DNA from: an uncultured delta proteobacterium
GTDB lineage: Bacteria > Myxococcota_A > Polyangia > Polyangiales > Polyangiaceae
DNA: 64,000 nucleotides
Assembly (NCBI GenBank): GCA_963782055.1
Contig: CAWAIF010000003.1
Location: 6,823,948-6,887,947 of the forward strand
Reading direction: 5' to 3'
The translations under genes were made by a program, and so were the position numbers. Shown piece by piece: positions 20,476-31,611 of the stretch. Numbering within the stretch: position 1 is the first letter of the stretch; every line of letters starts with the position of its first letter. A model generated the notes under the pieces. That model did not search any database. It saw only the letters and a program-made list of their open reading frames with translations, and was not told where the DNA came from.

Positions 20476-22791
20476 CTAGCGCACTTCGAAGCTGCTGACG
20501 AGAAGGCGGTTTTCCTGCACCTGGACCGCGCCGTGGTCGGTCACGCGAAGTCGCGTCCCGTTGCCCCGCATCATCCAGAGGCCGGCGTAGATCTCCACCT
20601 GCTTGCCGCGCCAGTCGGGGGGGATGGAGAGGGGGATCTCGTCGCGCAGGATCTTGCCGGGCGGGGCGTCGTCGAAGAGCAGGGTGCGGGAGACCTGCGC
20701 GTGGTCGCCGTTGACCGAGTCGGTGCCGTTGGGCTGGATGTGCATGAAGACCCCGACGCCGCGGCGCACGTCCTTCTGCACGCGCCAGTCCAGCTCCAGG
20801 TGGGCGGTCTGGTCGGCGACGGGTTGCGGCGGGTCCAGCCGGATCGCCACCAGCTCCAGGCCTCCCTCGAACTTCACGCCCGCGGGCTTCGCGCCGGGCG
20901 GCGGGGCGTCGGCGATGACGTCGTCGCCGGAGGACGTCTTGGCCACGATGGACGGCAAGGGCGGCTCGTGCATGACCGCGAAGACGAGCGCGGCGGGCAC
21001 GAAGGGCAAGAGCAGCGCCGCGAAGGTCGCCGGATCGCCGGCGACGCGGCGCAGGCGGCCGCGGGTGCGGTCGCGACGGACGAGCCACGCCGCCAGGAGC
21101 AAGGCGGCGAGGGAGGCCGCGCCCCCGGCCAGCGCGGCGCGCGGGAGGAAGCGGAGCACGACCTGGTGGTGGCCGGCGGGCAGATCGACGGCGAGCAGGC
21201 CGTGATCGTCGGCGATGGCGCCCTCGGAGGTCTTCCACCCGGGGTGCCAGTTCTGGTTGACGCGCACGCGGCCGGGCGCGTCGAGCGTCACGTCCAGGGC
21301 CATGCGGTCGGGCGACCACGCGGCGGTGCGGACGCTCCCGCGCGCCCCCTCGGCGAGGTAGGCCTCGTCGGGCAGGTCGGCGCGGAGCAGCGCCGACTCG
21401 GGCACGGGGTACGCCTCCCAGCACGCGAGCGAGCCGCGGTTCTGCGCGGGGTACTGCATGAGCACCCAGCGGTTGCCGCGCGCCTGGTGGAAGGGGCGCG
21501 GCGGGGCCTCGGCGGGGCGCGGGTCAGCGCTGCGCACGATGGCGACGTGCTCGAAGCCGTACGCCATGACGCCGGCGTTGGCGGCGAGCAGGAGGATCAT
21601 GACGAAGAGCACGGGGCCGCCGGCGCGCTCGCGGCGCGCGCGCACGTGGAGCAGGCCGACGCCGAAGGCGGCGGCGACGGCGACGAAGAGCGCGAGCACG
21701 TAGAGGAAGCGCTCGGGGTAGCGGAGCGCCTCGTAGACGGGGAGCGCCTTGAGCATCGCGAACAGGGAGGGCCTGACGGCGTAGCCGGCGGCGAGCCAGG
21801 TGGCGAGCACGCCGCCGACGAGCATCGGGCGCGCGCGGCGGACCGTGAGGCCGACGCCCGCCGCGAAGAGCGCGGCGGCGCCGATGTAGTAGGTGCCGTG
21901 GTCGTTGAAGTCGCCGCCCGCCCCGCCGTTGATGGGGAGCATGGTGGTGTGGAGCATGCTCAGCCACCTGTTGCCGGGCGCGCCGCCGATGACGCGCGGG
22001 GCCATCGCCAGGGCGTGGGCGATGGGCAGGAGGCGGAAGGCGGACATGGCGAGGCCGAGCAGCGCGCACGCGGTGGCCATCGCGGCGCCGGTGGCGAGCG
22101 CACGGCGCCGGCGCCTCTCGCGCAGGAGGAAGAGGGCCACCTCGAAGGCGGCGAGGAGCGCGGCCATGGGCGCGGCGTAGGTGCCGCCGAAGCCGACGAT
22201 GAAGGCCATGGAGCACGCGGCGAGGACCACGCCGGACCGCGCGCCCCCGAGGGCGCCGCGCACGCCGAGCGCGACCCAGGGCAGGAGCTCGAAGCCGTAG
22301 AAGTTGGTCCAGGAGAGGGCGCCGGCGAAGGCAAAGCCGCCGCTCATGGCGAAGATGGGCGCCGCCACCGCCGCACCCAGGCTGGGCGCGCCGTGCGAGC
22401 GCGCGTAGCGGTACGCGCCCTCCAGGCCGAGCACGATCATGGCGAAGGCGATGAGCGGCTCGGCGCGCAGCGTCCCGAACAGGAGGGTGAGCAGGAAGGT
22501 GGGGGACGCGAAGTGGCTCTGCGGGGTGCCGAGCAGGTCCATGCCGCCGCAGTAGTAGGGGTCCCAGAGGGGGACCTGGCCGTAGTGCAGCACGGTGCGC
22601 CGCGCGACGTCCTCGTACTGCAGGAGCACCTGCGCGTCGCGGAAGGTGTTCATCTCGGCGGCGCGGCGCAGGGACATCCACGTCGCCGAGAGGGCGAGCG
22701 CGGAGAAGCCGGCGAGCCGGCGCGGCAGCGAGCGCGACGCGCGTTCGGCCGCGTCGGCGAGGCGCCTCAGTAGATCGCTCGCGGCCGGCAT
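20476..22791 (-). CDS. Large polytopic inner-membrane protein (YfhO / glycosyltransferase-39-like topology) with a ~350-aa C-terminal extracytoplasmic domain
   Basis: At least 10 hydrophobic helices in the first 430 aa. Start placed at MPAASDLL. Codon bias is consistent with coding. Confidence 0.55.
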   Translation of the reverse strand: MPAASDLLRRLADAAERASRSLPRRLAGFSALALSATWMSLRRAAEMNTFRDAQVLLQYEDVARRTVLHYGQVPLWDPYYCGGMDLLGTPQSHFASPTFLLTLLFGTLRAEPLIAFAMIVLGLEGAYRYARSHGAPSLGAAVAAPIFAMSGGFAFAGALSWTNFYGFELLPWVALGVRGALGGARSGVVLAACSMAFIVGFGGTYAAPMAALLAAFEVALFLLRERRRRRALATGAAMATACALLGLAMSAFRLLPIAHALAMAPRVIGGAPGNRWLSMLHTTMLPINGGAGGDFNDHGTYYIGAAALFAAGVGLTVRRARPMLVGGVLATWLAAGYAVRPSLFAMLKALPVYEALRYPERFLYVLALFVAVAAAFGVGLLHVRARRERAGGPVLFVMILLLAANAGVMAYGFEHVAIVRSADPRPAEAPPRPFHQARGNRWVLMQYPAQNRGSLACWEAYPVPESALLRADLPDEAYLAEGARGSVRTAAWSPDRMALDVTLDAPGRVRVNQNWHPGWKTSEGAIADDHGLLAVDLPAGHHQVVLRFLPRAALAGGAASLAALLLAAWLVRRDRTRGRLRRVAGDPATFAALLLPFVPAALVFAVMHEPPLPSIVAKTSSGDDVIADAPPPGAKPAGVKFEGGLELVAIRLDPPQPVADQTAHLELDWRVQKDVRRGVGVFMHIQPNGTDSVNGDHAQVSRTLLFDDAPPGKILRDEIPLSIPPDWRGKQVEIYAGLWMMRGNGTRLRVTDHGAVQVQENRLLVSSFEVR

Positions 22792-23187
22792 GGGGGCACC
22801 GTCACGCGTACCTCGGCCCCGCCGGGGCGGGGCCATCCCTCGCGCATGCCGTCGTCCACCGCGCGCAGCACCTCGCCCAGCGGGGCGCGATGGCTGTCGG
22901 CGAAGCTGCGCGCGCGCGTCATCTCCTGGCGGTGGAAGTCGTCGTCCTGCGACCAGGGGTCGGTAGGAAAGCGCTTCGCGGCCTCACGCCGGAGCTGCGG
23001 CTCGGCACCGGCGATCGTCCGGAAGGCGTCGTGCGCCTGCTCCGGCGTCAGGTGGCCTCGGGGTGCCTTCGTCGGCGACGTGAGGGCGAGCGCGACGGCG
23101 ACGGCCGCGGGCACGGCCGCGACCGTCCACCAGAGCGCCCGCGCTGATCTTCCCTCGGCCTCCGGCCTCAGGCGAAGCACCGTGCGC

Positions 23188-23583
23188 TCAGCGCTTGGAG
23201 TACTGGAACCGCTTGCGCGCGCCGGGCTGGCCGTACTTCTTGCGCTCCTTCTTGCGCGCGTCGCGCGTGAGGAAGCCGGCCCGCTTCAGCGCCGGGCGGC
23301 GCTCCGGGTCGATGGCGCAAAGCGCGCGGGAGATCCCGTGGCGCATGGCCTCCGCCTGCGCGGAGTGACCGCCGCCGCAGACCGTCGCCCAGACGTCGTA
23401 CTGGTCGGTCACCTCGATGAGCTCGAGCGCCTGGCGCATGATCATGCGCGACGTCTCCCGCTCGAAGTACTCGTCGGCGGTGTGGCCGTTGACGGTGACT
23501 TGCCCGGAGCCGGCCTTGAGCCAGATGCGCGCGATGGCGGTCTTGCGTTTGCCGGTGGCGTAGGTGCGATCGGTGGTCGTCAT
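23188..23583 (-). CDS. rpsI: 30S ribosomal protein S9
   Basis: 131 aa, ...[19 protein letters not shown]...[16 protein letters not shown]. Confidence 0.95.
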   Translation of the reverse strand: MTTTDRTYATGKRKTAIARIWLKAGSGQVTVNGHTADEYFERETSRMIMRQALELIEVTDQYDVWATVCGGGHSAQAEAMRHGISRALCAIDPERRPALKRAGFLTRDARKKERKKYGQPGARKRFQYSKR

Positions 23584-23588
23584 GGCTC

Positions 23589-24029
23589 TCAGAAGGAAAG
23601 GGTCAGGGGCTGGGGCTTCTGCGCGGCGTGCGGGTGATCCGGCGTCGCGTAGACCTTGAGCTTGGTCAGCATCTGCCGGCCGAGCACGTTCTTGGGCAGC
23701 ATGCCCTTGACCGCCTTCTCGATCGGGAAGGCGGGCTTGCGCTCCAGCAGGTGCCGGTACGACTCCGCCTTGAAGCCACCGGGGATGCCGGAGTGGCGGT
23801 AGTAGAACTTCTTCTCCAGCTTGTTGCCGGTGAGCTTCACCTTGCCCGCGTTGACGACGACGACGAAGTCGCCGGTGTCGACGTGGGGGGTGTAGGTCGG
23901 CTTGTGCTTGCCGCGCAGCACGCGGGCAATCTCGCTGGCTAGGCGTCCGAGCGGCTTGCCGTCGGCGTCGACGACGTACCAGCTCCGGCTCTTCTCGGCC
24001 TCGGCCTTCTTGGCGGCGAACGTGGTCAT
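23589..24029 (-). CDS. rplM: 50S ribosomal protein L13
   Basis: 146 aa, [54 protein letters not shown]... Confidence 0.95.
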   Translation of the reverse strand: MTTFAAKKAEAEKSRSWYVVDADGKPLGRLASEIARVLRGKHKPTYTPHVDTGDFVVVVNAGKVKLTGNKLEKKFYYRHSGIPGGFKAESYRHLLERKPAFPIEKAVKGMLPKNVLGRQMLTKLKVYATPDHPHAAQKPQPLTLSF

Positions 24030-24140
24030 GACGAAATGCTCCAAATCCCTCGAAGGGCGCGGGAAACTACGGGACGGAGTCTCGTCTGTCAAGGGAGGGG
24101 TGGCCCTCCTGGCTCGTGCTCTGGCCCATGCTCGCTCGCA

Positions 24141-24300
24141 CGCGGGCCGGCGGGCTGCGCAGGCGAGGCGTGCGCCGTCGCGCGCGCGAGCTTGCGCGTG
24201 GGCCCTGCGCGCGAGCCTCCTCACCTCGGCCATCGCTATCGCTCGGCCGGGGAGGACGATCGGCTGCCAGCTCTGCTCTCTGCAGTCTGAACGCATGGTC
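24141..24300. repeat. Dispersed GC-rich repeat element, copy A, with consensus ~GCGCGAGCTTGCGCG.GCCCTGCGCG...CCATCGCT.GCTCGG.CGGGGAGG
   Basis: Shares these blocks with 36395..36500 (same orientation) and 47170..47290 (reverse complement). Intergenic. Confidence 0.55.
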
Positions 24301-24560
24301 AGCCGCCGGCCGGGGGGTGTGCGTCCCCGAAGCTTGATGACGCCGAACGGCCAGATCATGAACACGCTAACGATCTGCCCGTTCGGCGGCGAGGGGGCGG
24401 GGGGGCTGGGGTGGGGGCGGGAGCACTGCAAGGGTGCTTGCGCTTCGACGCGCGGGCTGAAAACGCGGGGAAGGGGGAGGCGAGGCGGGGGGCGGAGGGT
24501 TCGGCCTTGCCGCCGAATTCTTTCGCACGTAAAAGATCGGCACTCGAAAGGTCTGCCCGT

Positions 24561-25772
24561 ATGATCGCCTTCTCGCCCTCCGAAGATCAGAAGCTCATGC
24601 TCGACGCGGCCCGCGGCTTCGGCAAGACGCTGGCCGCCCGCATGCGCGAGCTGGAGAAGCTGCGGGGCCTCCCCGACGACGTCCGCAAGACCGCCCACGA
24701 GATGGGGCTGGGGCTGGCGGCGGTGCCGGAGACGATGGGGGGCGCCGGGCTTGGGCTGGTGACCGCCGTCCTGCTCGAAGAGGAGATCGCCGCGGGCGAT
24801 CCGGCCGCCGCCTTCGGGTTCGGCGGGCCGGGGGCGCTGGGCGCCGCCGTCGCCGAGCTGGCGACGCCGGAGCAGGCCCGCGCGCTGCTCGAGCCGTTCG
24901 CGGGCGCCGACGGGCACTCGCGCTTCGGCGCGGTCGCCTTCGGGGAGCCGAAGCCGCACCGCGAGCGGCCCGGCATGACGACGGTCGCGCGCAAGGACGG
25001 CGACGGGTGGGTGCTCGACGGCGAGAAGGCGTACGTGGTCAACGCCGACCGCGCCGACACCTTCGTGGTCTTCGCGCAGGTGGACGAGAGCAAGGGCTGG
25101 GACGGCCTGGGCGCCTTCGTGGTGCGCAAGGGCGACGCCGGCCTCGAGGTCCTCCCGCGTGGCACCTCCCTCGGCCTGGACATCGCCAGCTTCGGCGGCA
25201 TCCGCCTCGCCGGCGTGCGCGTGAAGGCGGCCGACCGCCTCGAGGGTGGGGAGAGCTTCGCCCCCGCGACGGTGCGCTTCTTCGTCAAGCACGGGCTCGT
25301 CGTCGCCGCGCGCGCCGCAGGCCTCGCCCGCGCGGCGATGGAGACGACGCGCGACTACGTCGAGGGCCGCAAGGCGTTCGGCAAGCCCGTCGCGCACTTC
25401 CAGGCCGTCGCCTTCACCGTCGCCGACCGCGCGATGGACGTCGAGGCGGCGCGCGCGCTGCTGTGGCGCGCCGCGTGGCTCTGGGACTCCGGCGCCAAGG
25501 AGCGCGAGGCGCTGCTCGTCTCCGCCCACGCCATCGCGCACGCCCACGAGGCGGCGATGCGCTGCGGCGACGACGGCGTGCAGCTCCACGGCGGCGCCGG
25601 CTTCATGCGCGACTACCCCGTCGAGAAGTACATGCGCGACGCCAAGCAGCTCGGCGTGTGCGGCCTTCCCGCCGCGTGCGCCGACCAGCTCGCCGCCGCC
25701 ATCGAGATCGGGCGCCCGCTCGACCTCGGGCTCGTCCTTCCCACCCCCGAATCCGGCTGCGCCTTCGTCTGA
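24561..25772 (+). CDS. Acyl-CoA dehydrogenase family protein
   Basis: 403 aa. ACAD fold motifs (..[12 protein letters not shown].., C-terminal ..[22 protein letters not shown]..). Confidence 0.85.
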   Translation: MIAFSPSEDQKLMLDAARGFGKTLAARMRELEKLRGLPDDVRKTAHEMGLGLAAVPETMGGAGLGLVTAVLLEEEIAAGDPAAAFGFGGPGALGAAVAELATPEQARALLEPFAGADGHSRFGAVAFGEPKPHRERPGMTTVARKDGDGWVLDGEKAYVVNADRADTFVVFAQVDESKGWDGLGAFVVRKGDAGLEVLPRGTSLGLDIASFGGIRLAGVRVKAADRLEGGESFAPATVRFFVKHGLVVAARAAGLARAAMETTRDYVEGRKAFGKPVAHFQAVAFTVADRAMDVEAARALLWRAAWLWDSGAKEREALLVSAHAIAHAHEAAMRCGDDGVQLHGGAGFMRDYPVEKYMRDAKQLGVCGLPAACADQLAAAIEIGRPLDLGLVLPTPESGCAFV

Positions 25773-25815
25773 GAGGATGTGAATGAATGGGAGCGCAAGA
25801 ACCGAGGAACCCACG

Positions 25816-27042
25816 ATGAGCATCGAATTCTCCCTCACCAGGCGGCAGCTCGAGATGCGCGAGGCCATCCGCGGCCTCACGCGCAACGTCATCCGGCCGG
25901 AGAGCCTGAAGTGGGACCGCGAGCACGGCATCCCCGACGACTTCCTGCGCAACCTGGCGATGCTCGCCGGCAACCTCGGCCACCTGGCGATGGGCGCGGA
26001 GACCGGGCCGAAGACGCCCGACGCCATGCCCTCCGGCGAGAAGAAGAAGAGCGCCCTCAACGTCAACACGGTGCTCGCCGCCGAGGAGATGTCCTGGGGC
26101 GACGCCGGCCTGCTCCTCTGCCTCCCCGGCCCCGGCCTGGGCGGCCCCCCTGTCCGCGCCACCGGCACCCCCGAGCAGAAGAAGAGGTTCCTCGGCATGT
26201 TCGGCGACCTCACCGAGCTCAAGTGGGGCTGCTACGCCCTCACCGAGCCCGGCGCCGGCAGCGACGTCGCCGGCATCCGCGCGAGCTGCCGCAAGGAGGG
26301 CCACGAGTGGGTCCTCAATGGCCGCAAGTGCTACATCACCAACGGCGCGCGCGCCTCGTGGGCCGTCGTCTTCGCCACCGTCGACCCGAGCCTCGGCCGC
26401 GCCGGCCACCGCGCCTTCGTCGTCGAGAAGGGCACGCCGGGCTTCGGCGTCGGCCGCATCGAGGACAAGATGGGCCTTCGCGCCAGCGAGACGGCGGAGC
26501 TCGTGCTCGAGGACTGCCGCGTGCCGGAGGACAACCTCCTCGGCGGCGAGGAGAAGTACACCAGCAAGGAGGGCTTCATGACCGCGATGAAGACCTTCGA
26601 CAACACCCGCCCCATCGTCGCCGCGATGGCGCTCGGCATCGGCCGCGCAGCCTACGAGTACGCACGCGACTTCGTGAAGGACAACTACGCCCTCTCGCGC
26701 CACACCCCGCGCTACGCCGCCGTCTCGGAGAAGCTCGCGAAGGTGGGGCGGCAGCTCGACGTCGCGCGCATGCTCACGTGGCGCGCCGCGTGGCTCGCCG
26801 ACGAGGAGCAGCCCAACGCCAAGGAGGCGAGCATGTGCAAGGCGGCCGCCGGTCAGGCCGCCATCCGCGCGTGCATCGACGCGATCGAGATCTGCGGCGC
26901 GGAGGGCTCGCTCCTCAAGGAGCACCAGCTCCTGGAGAAGTGGTTCCGCGACATCAAGGTCTACGACATCTTCGAGGGCACCGGGCAGATCCAGCGCATC
27001 GTCATCTCCAAGCGCCTGTTCCCGGGACTGAAGCACTTCTAG
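25816..27042 (+). CDS. Acyl-CoA dehydrogenase family protein (second, tandem)
   Basis: [21 protein letters not shown] start with AGGAA SD. ..[18 protein letters not shown].., ..[36 protein letters not shown].. Confidence 0.85.
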   Translation: MSIEFSLTRRQLEMREAIRGLTRNVIRPESLKWDREHGIPDDFLRNLAMLAGNLGHLAMGAETGPKTPDAMPSGEKKKSALNVNTVLAAEEMSWGDAGLLLCLPGPGLGGPPVRATGTPEQKKRFLGMFGDLTELKWGCYALTEPGAGSDVAGIRASCRKEGHEWVLNGRKCYITNGARASWAVVFATVDPSLGRAGHRAFVVEKGTPGFGVGRIEDKMGLRASETAELVLEDCRVPEDNLLGGEEKYTSKEGFMTAMKTFDNTRPIVAAMALGIGRAAYEYARDFVKDNYALSRHTPRYAAVSEKLAKVGRQLDVARMLTWRAAWLADEEQPNAKEASMCKAAAGQAAIRACIDAIEICGAEGSLLKEHQLLEKWFRDIKVYDIFEGTGQIQRIVISKRLFPGLKHF

Positions 27043-27165
27043 TCCGGCGCGCGCGTGACCCCGCGGGGGTCGCACGCCGTCGCGACAGGGCGCAGGCGAT
27101 CGCGATGGATGGCGCGAGATCCAGGCGACTTTGTCGGGCGATGAGGTGGAACGGACGATGCTAGG

Positions 27166-28179
27166 ATGAGCTGCATGGCAGCTCGCAGCGTCCTGGGGTT
27201 CTTCGCGCTCGTCTCCGTCGCCGCGCTCGCCGGCGCGTGCGCGTCCTCCACCGAGGACGTCGGCTCCTCCGCCGCGACGATCGACTACATCTGCAACGAG
27301 AAGGCGTCGGCCACCCTCGACGGCATCCCCGCCTACGCCTACTGCGGCAACTTCAACGTCTGGTCCAACAACGGCGTCGACGTGAAGAGCACCTCCGGCG
27401 GCAACGGCTGGGTGCAGACGGAGGGCGGCTACGGCTACCAGTGCGTCGAGTACGCCGTCCGCTACGAGCACTTCAAGTTCGGCGTGAAGACCGGCTGGGG
27501 CATCTCCTACGCCAAGCAGATGTGCGCGACGCACCCGTCGAGCATGTCGGTGACCACCAAGCCCGTGCACGGCGACCTCGCCATCTTCGGCGCGGGGAGC
27601 TGCGGCGCCGACGCCACCGCGGGGCACGTGGCGGTGGTCAGCTCCGTCACCAGCACCAACTTCACCGCGGTGCAGGAGAACAGCGCGGGCACCTACACCT
27701 GGAAGAAGACGTGCGCGAGCTGCTTCCTCCACGCCACCGCCAACAACGGCTCCACCGACCCGTGCGCCGCCGCCGCCAACGGCGATTACTGCGGCGCGTC
27801 CTCCCAGTTCACCGGCGGCACCAAGGGCACCCTCTACACCTGCAAGGGCGGCGCGACCGCGAGCAAGACGGTGTGCCCGAACGGCTGCAAGGTCATGCCG
27901 CCCGGCCAGCCCGACGTCTGCGCCCCGGCGGCGGACGCCGGCCCCGACGCGGCGACGGACGCGGCCACCGACGGCGCGGCGACCGACGACGCCGCCACCG
28001 ACGCGACGCCCGCGGACGACGCCGCGCCGCCTCCCGCCGACACCGACGGCGGCCCGGTGAGCGACGTGCCCGGACAGGACGGCGGCTGCCAGACCTCCGG
28101 CCACGCGCCGACGGGCTCCGCGTGGCTCGTCGCGCTCGGGCTGTTCCTCGCGGTGCGCCGCCGCCGCGCGCGGGAATGA
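27166..28179 (+). CDS. CHAP-domain (Cys/His amidase-peptidase) secreted protein with an Ala/Asp/Thr-rich linker and a MYXO-CTERM-like C-terminal sorting tail
   Basis: Signal peptide. CHAP core GYGYQCVEYAVRY...GHVAVV. C-terminus GGCQTSG...WLVALGLFLAVRRRRARE (GC + TM helix + RRRR). Confidence 0.7.
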   Translation: MSCMAARSVLGFFALVSVAALAGACASSTEDVGSSAATIDYICNEKASATLDGIPAYAYCGNFNVWSNNGVDVKSTSGGNGWVQTEGGYGYQCVEYAVRYEHFKFGVKTGWGISYAKQMCATHPSSMSVTTKPVHGDLAIFGAGSCGADATAGHVAVVSSVTSTNFTAVQENSAGTYTWKKTCASCFLHATANNGSTDPCAAAANGDYCGASSQFTGGTKGTLYTCKGGATASKTVCPNGCKVMPPGQPDVCAPAADAGPDAATDAATDGAATDDAATDATPADDAAPPPADTDGGPVSDVPGQDGGCQTSGHAPTGSAWLVALGLFLAVRRRRARE

Positions 28180-28238
28180 CGCGCGCCGTCCGGGCGGCGC
28201 AGTGGTGCAGCAGTCCGCACCGTGGCCCGGAGCTCCGG

Positions 28239-29084
28239 CTACGGAACTAGGGACCCGAAGCGGTCGTAGCACTCCAGCCCGACCGGGCCACGCAGCTTCT
28301 TGCAGTCTTCCAGGCTCATGCACGCTGCCGCATACCGCTTCGCGACCGCGTCGCTGCCGTCCCCGTTCCTGTAGACGGCGCATGCCCAGTTGTCGGGGTA
28401 GTACGGATCGCACCAGACGGTGGGCAGTCCTCCGGTGGCCGGGAGGCTGCACGTGCGAATGGCATCGGGCGATCCGTTCAGCGTGCCCTCGCAGAACCCG
28501 AATCGTCGCGTCGCGGAGCGACCGCTGCACACCGCCGCGGGTTGGCCGCACTTCCCGCAAGCGCCGCCGCAGAGCGGGCCGAAGAGCGATGTAGGACACG
28601 GCTCGCCGGACGAGTCGAGTGGCCGATCGTCGTAGGGCGTCTTGTCGGCGTACCGGCACACGTCGCGCACACCGATCTGGAACAGCGCGTGGCAGACGTC
28701 GAGCGGCACGCACACCAGGTCGCCGTTGGGCCGCGTGATGCACGCGTCGCCGTCGTCGCACGCGAAGCACGGATACCGCCCCTGGTCCTGAAGGTCCGCC
28801 AGACAAATCCCTCCGCTCGCCGGCGCGCCCGAGTCGATGTCCGCGCTCCGCTGACACCCGTAGCCGGGGCACACCGGGGCCGGCAGCTCCGGACAGGGTG
28901 GGTCTCCGCCGCAGAGCCGGACTCCGCTTGCGGACACACACTGCGGGTGGTCGGCGAACCCGCCGTCCACGGCGCCCTGGCCCCCGTCCAGTCCGTGCAT
29001 CGAGGGGTCCCCGAGATCGCTGCGGGCGCCGCAGCCAACCGTGGCGGCAGCGAGTGCGAGAGCGAGACCTCTCGCTAGTTGCAC
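28239..29084 (-). CDS. Cys-rich secreted lipoprotein (different Cys spacing from the 7651 family)
   Basis: GTG start giving VQLARGLALALAAATVGCG (lipobox). ~30 Cys. The track start at 29216 would overlap the upstream gene and was rejected. Confidence 0.5.
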   Translation of the reverse strand: MQLARGLALALAAATVGCGARSDLGDPSMHGLDGGQGAVDGGFADHPQCVSASGVRLCGGDPPCPELPAPVCPGYGCQRSADIDSGAPASGGICLADLQDQGRYPCFACDDGDACITRPNGDLVCVPLDVCHALFQIGVRDVCRYADKTPYDDRPLDSSGEPCPTSLFGPLCGGACGKCGQPAAVCSGRSATRRFGFCEGTLNGSPDAIRTCSLPATGGLPTVWCDPYYPDNWACAVYRNGDGSDAVAKRYAAACMSLEDCKKLRGPVGLECYDRFGSLVP

Positions 29085-29950
29085 GCCCCGCCCCCCGGGA
29101 GCTGGGCGGCGAGCGCCTGACACGTGGCCGATGGCAAGCAGACGCCATTGGCGTCTGCGATGGACTGCGACTGCGGCGTGACCTTGAAGGTGAAGCACGC
29201 GTCGCCCCCGCTGCATGGCGGCTGGCCGGCACCGCAGATGCTATTCACCGTGGTGGCCGCGCAGAAGCCGACGGGGTGCAGGGGCGCGCGCCCGATGCAG
29301 TGCTGCCCGGTATCACACCCGCCGCAGTTCCCGCCGCACACCTGGACACCCGGGATCGAGGGGCACATGGACGGATTGGGTGGCGTGTCGCCGGTGAACA
29401 GATCGCGGTCGTAGTAGGTGACGTCTAGGTCGGCGGAGGCGTCCGGGTCGGCGCGGTAGAGCAGCTCACCCAGCTCGAAGGGAAAACACATCAGGCCCTT
29501 GAGTGGCTGGTGATAGCCACTCGGCACACACAGGTCGCCATCGTTACAATTGAGGCATCCGGTCACGCCGAAGGAATAGGCCGCGAGGGCCTTGTTGTAG
29601 CAGATTTGGACCGGCGCCGAGGCATCGCACCCCGAAAGGCAAGCCGTTGGAGGATCGCAGCCCCCGCCGCAGATGGCATATCCGCTCGGCGACATGCAAC
29701 GCGAGTAGCCCGCGTCGTCGACCGGGCCGGCGTCGATCACGTCCGGCGCAGCGTCGGGGCGTCCGGCCTCCGGGCCCTCGTCGACGGTGCCCCCGCAGGC
29801 GGCGAGCACCCAAAGCAGCGCGGGAAGCCACCGGAGCGTCACTGGCACTGCCCGTTCGTCGGGTTGGTCGCTGGCGGCGTACACCCGCTCGTGTTCCCCT
29901 GCGTGCAGATGGGCTGGACGCAGGCACGTGTATCGCAATCGACTGCGCAC
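29075..29950 (-). CDS. Cys-rich secreted lipoprotein, paralog of 7651..8493
   Basis: Shared C-terminal block ..CFTFKVTPQSQSIADANGVCLPSATCQALAAQLPGGGACN. Signal peptide/lipobox LLWVLAACGG. Confidence 0.6.
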   Translation of the reverse strand: MRSRLRYTCLRPAHLHAGEHERVYAASDQPDERAVPVTLRWLPALLWVLAACGGTVDEGPEAGRPDAAPDVIDAGPVDDAGYSRCMSPSGYAICGGGCDPPTACLSGCDASAPVQICYNKALAAYSFGVTGCLNCNDGDLCVPSGYHQPLKGLMCFPFELGELLYRADPDASADLDVTYYDRDLFTGDTPPNPSMCPSIPGVQVCGGNCGGCDTGQHCIGRAPLHPVGFCAATTVNSICGAGQPPCSGGDACFTFKVTPQSQSIADANGVCLPSATCQALAAQLPGGGACN

Positions 29951-31611
29951 GGCCCCGCAGGAGTCTCACTGCTAGGACAGGTGGCCGGGCCGCCATTCTT
30001 GAACGCCCAGTCCTCGTTGTAGAAGTTGGCCAGATCGATGCCGGCATCGACGAGCGGCGCTCGCCTGGCGGTGCAGATCTTGGTGAACCAGTCCGTCCGC
30101 GTGAAGTCGACGTGTCCGAGTGGTGGCGCGTCCGTCATGAACGAGGCGTAGAACAAGGCGAGCGCCGGGTTGTTGATCTCGTCCAGACGATCGAAGAGCA
30201 CAGCCTCTGCCGCCTGCGGCCGGTAGTTCAGCCGCTTCATCGGGACGATGATCTCGCAGCGCCCGTGATGCGGGTTGACGCACGCGTTGCTCCGGTCGAC
30301 GGAGCTGGGGAAGGGCACGCAACCCCAGTGCACGAGGTGCCCCCCGGACGTCGCCATGATGGTCTCCGCGAGAGTATTGGCGTCGCTGGCTGCCATGCCG
30401 AACTCCTTTGCACCCTCGCTTGCGGTGTCTCTCACCGTCTTCGCCGCGGCTTTGCATTGCTCGCTCGGGTCCGCGGGGCACGTGTAGTTCGGGTCGCCCT
30501 TGACGGGATCGCACGCAAAGAGCGTGTCACGAGCCGAGTCGGAGAAGTCGTCCAGTTTGGGGTACATCTGCAGCGCCTGCGCCGTATCGTGAATCTGCCG
30601 CGGGATGTCGTCCGTCAGCGCGGACGTGAGCGTGTTGGAAAGTCCCGGGATGTCGACGAAGTACGGGGGGAAGATCACGTGGACGCCGTTGCACGCCCGT
30701 GTCGGCTGATCATCCAGCGTGCTCGGAAAGGCGTTGCCATGGCCATCCACGCCCGCAGGACCCCCGCCGAAGCTCGATTCAGCCGCCACGACGCCGTCGG
30801 AGCCCACGAAGAGGCGGAAGGCGCTCGAGAACGCCGCGTCGCATTTCTCATCTGGCCCGGGATTCACACCCTGGGTCACGTCAAGCAGTTCGAGCGCCAC
30901 GTTCGAGATCTGCAGCCTGACGTCACCGTTCATCACGAAGCCTCCTCGCAGGTCCTGCACCCGTCCCTGCGTGTGGGCGATGAACGAGGCGAAGTTGTCG
31001 TATGCGAGCGTCAAGGACGAGAGCGAGTCCGTGGTGAAGCACGCAGCCCCGTGGTTCGTGAACAGGCTTCCCCGGAGCCCCGTGTCGATCTGCGCGAACA
31101 GATCCGCGTATGCGAACTCCTGCGAGCATCCGCCAGCCTGCGAGAGGTAGGCGCTCCGGATCGTGCCCGAGTTGTTCGGCGAGTTGAAGTCGCCAGGCGT
31201 AAGGTGCAGCTCGGTCGGTGTGGGGCCGAAGGGTTGAGTCGTCGCCGGTAGGACCACACCGGGCGGCTGCTTCCGCGTCAAGCCGAGCCAGAAGAACTCC
31301 GCGGCCGTTCTGGTGAGCGCCTCGAAGCGATCCTCGAAGTCGATCGAGAAGATGTGCGCTTCGTAGGGGTTCACCAGCAGGGCCGAATCGAACGGATCGG
31401 CCAGGATGAATGCCGGAAGAGGGTCGTTCTCGTCGCTCCCGCGCAGGCGTGCGTGCACGGGAAACAATGTGGTGCCGCCGTGGAAGGAGTCGATGTATAG
31501 GCTCCTCGCCGGCACGCTCGCGAGCTCTCCGCAGGTCGTATACGTGTTGGGGCATCCCGTCGTGCCCCACGCGTACGTTTGCGGGGCGTACGTCAACCCG
31601 GGGATGATCAA
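29839..31611 (-). CDS. Secreted protein of unknown function. The frame is open upstream through a heptanucleotide SSR to an out-of-frame ATG at ~31852; the track start (TTG 31611) is probably not the real start.
   Basis: Upstream of 31611 the main frame encodes ..(LVARRSS)n LLLAVSAVTCNPSPPAGDHTYTFEILVDGAGATGGSGTQLVAFHSAGLKEL, which is signal-peptide-like, with no start codon. Confidence 0.65.
   Translation of the reverse strand: MIIPGLTYAPQTYAWGTTGCPNTYTTCGELASVPARSLYIDSFHGGTTLFPVHARLRGSDENDPLPAFILADPFDSALLVNPYEAHIFSIDFEDRFEALTRTAAEFFWLGLTRKQPPGVVLPATTQPFGPTPTELHLTPGDFNSPNNSGTIRSAYLSQAGGCSQEFAYADLFAQIDTGLRGSLFTNHGAACFTTDSLSSLTLAYDNFASFIAHTQGRVQDLRGGFVMNGDVRLQISNVALELLDVTQGVNPGPDEKCDAAFSSAFRLFVGSDGVVAAESSFGGGPAGVDGHGNAFPSTLDDQPTRACNGVHVIFPPYFVDIPGLSNTLTSALTDDIPRQIHDTAQALQMYPKLDDFSDSARDTLFACDPVKGDPNYTCPADPSEQCKAAAKTVRDTASEGAKEFGMAASDANTLAETIMATSGGHLVHWGCVPFPSSVDRSNACVNPHHGRCEIIVPMKRLNYRPQAAEAVLFDRLDEINNPALALFYASFMTDAPPLGHVDFTRTDWFTKICTARRAPLVDAGIDLANFYNEDWAFKNGGPATCPSSETPAGPCAVDCDTRACVQPICTQGNTSGCTPPATNPTNGQCQ

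Noticed and set aside
22767-23180. 137-aa ORF upstream of or overlapping the membrane-protein start
   Set aside because: No family signal, and it overlaps the neighbouring gene by 25-70 nt. It could be real but cannot be supported from sequence alone, so it was left out of the feature list.
25603-29232. 1209-aa minus-strand ORF
   Set aside because: Antisense to two acyl-CoA dehydrogenase genes and the CHAP gene, with low-complexity translation.
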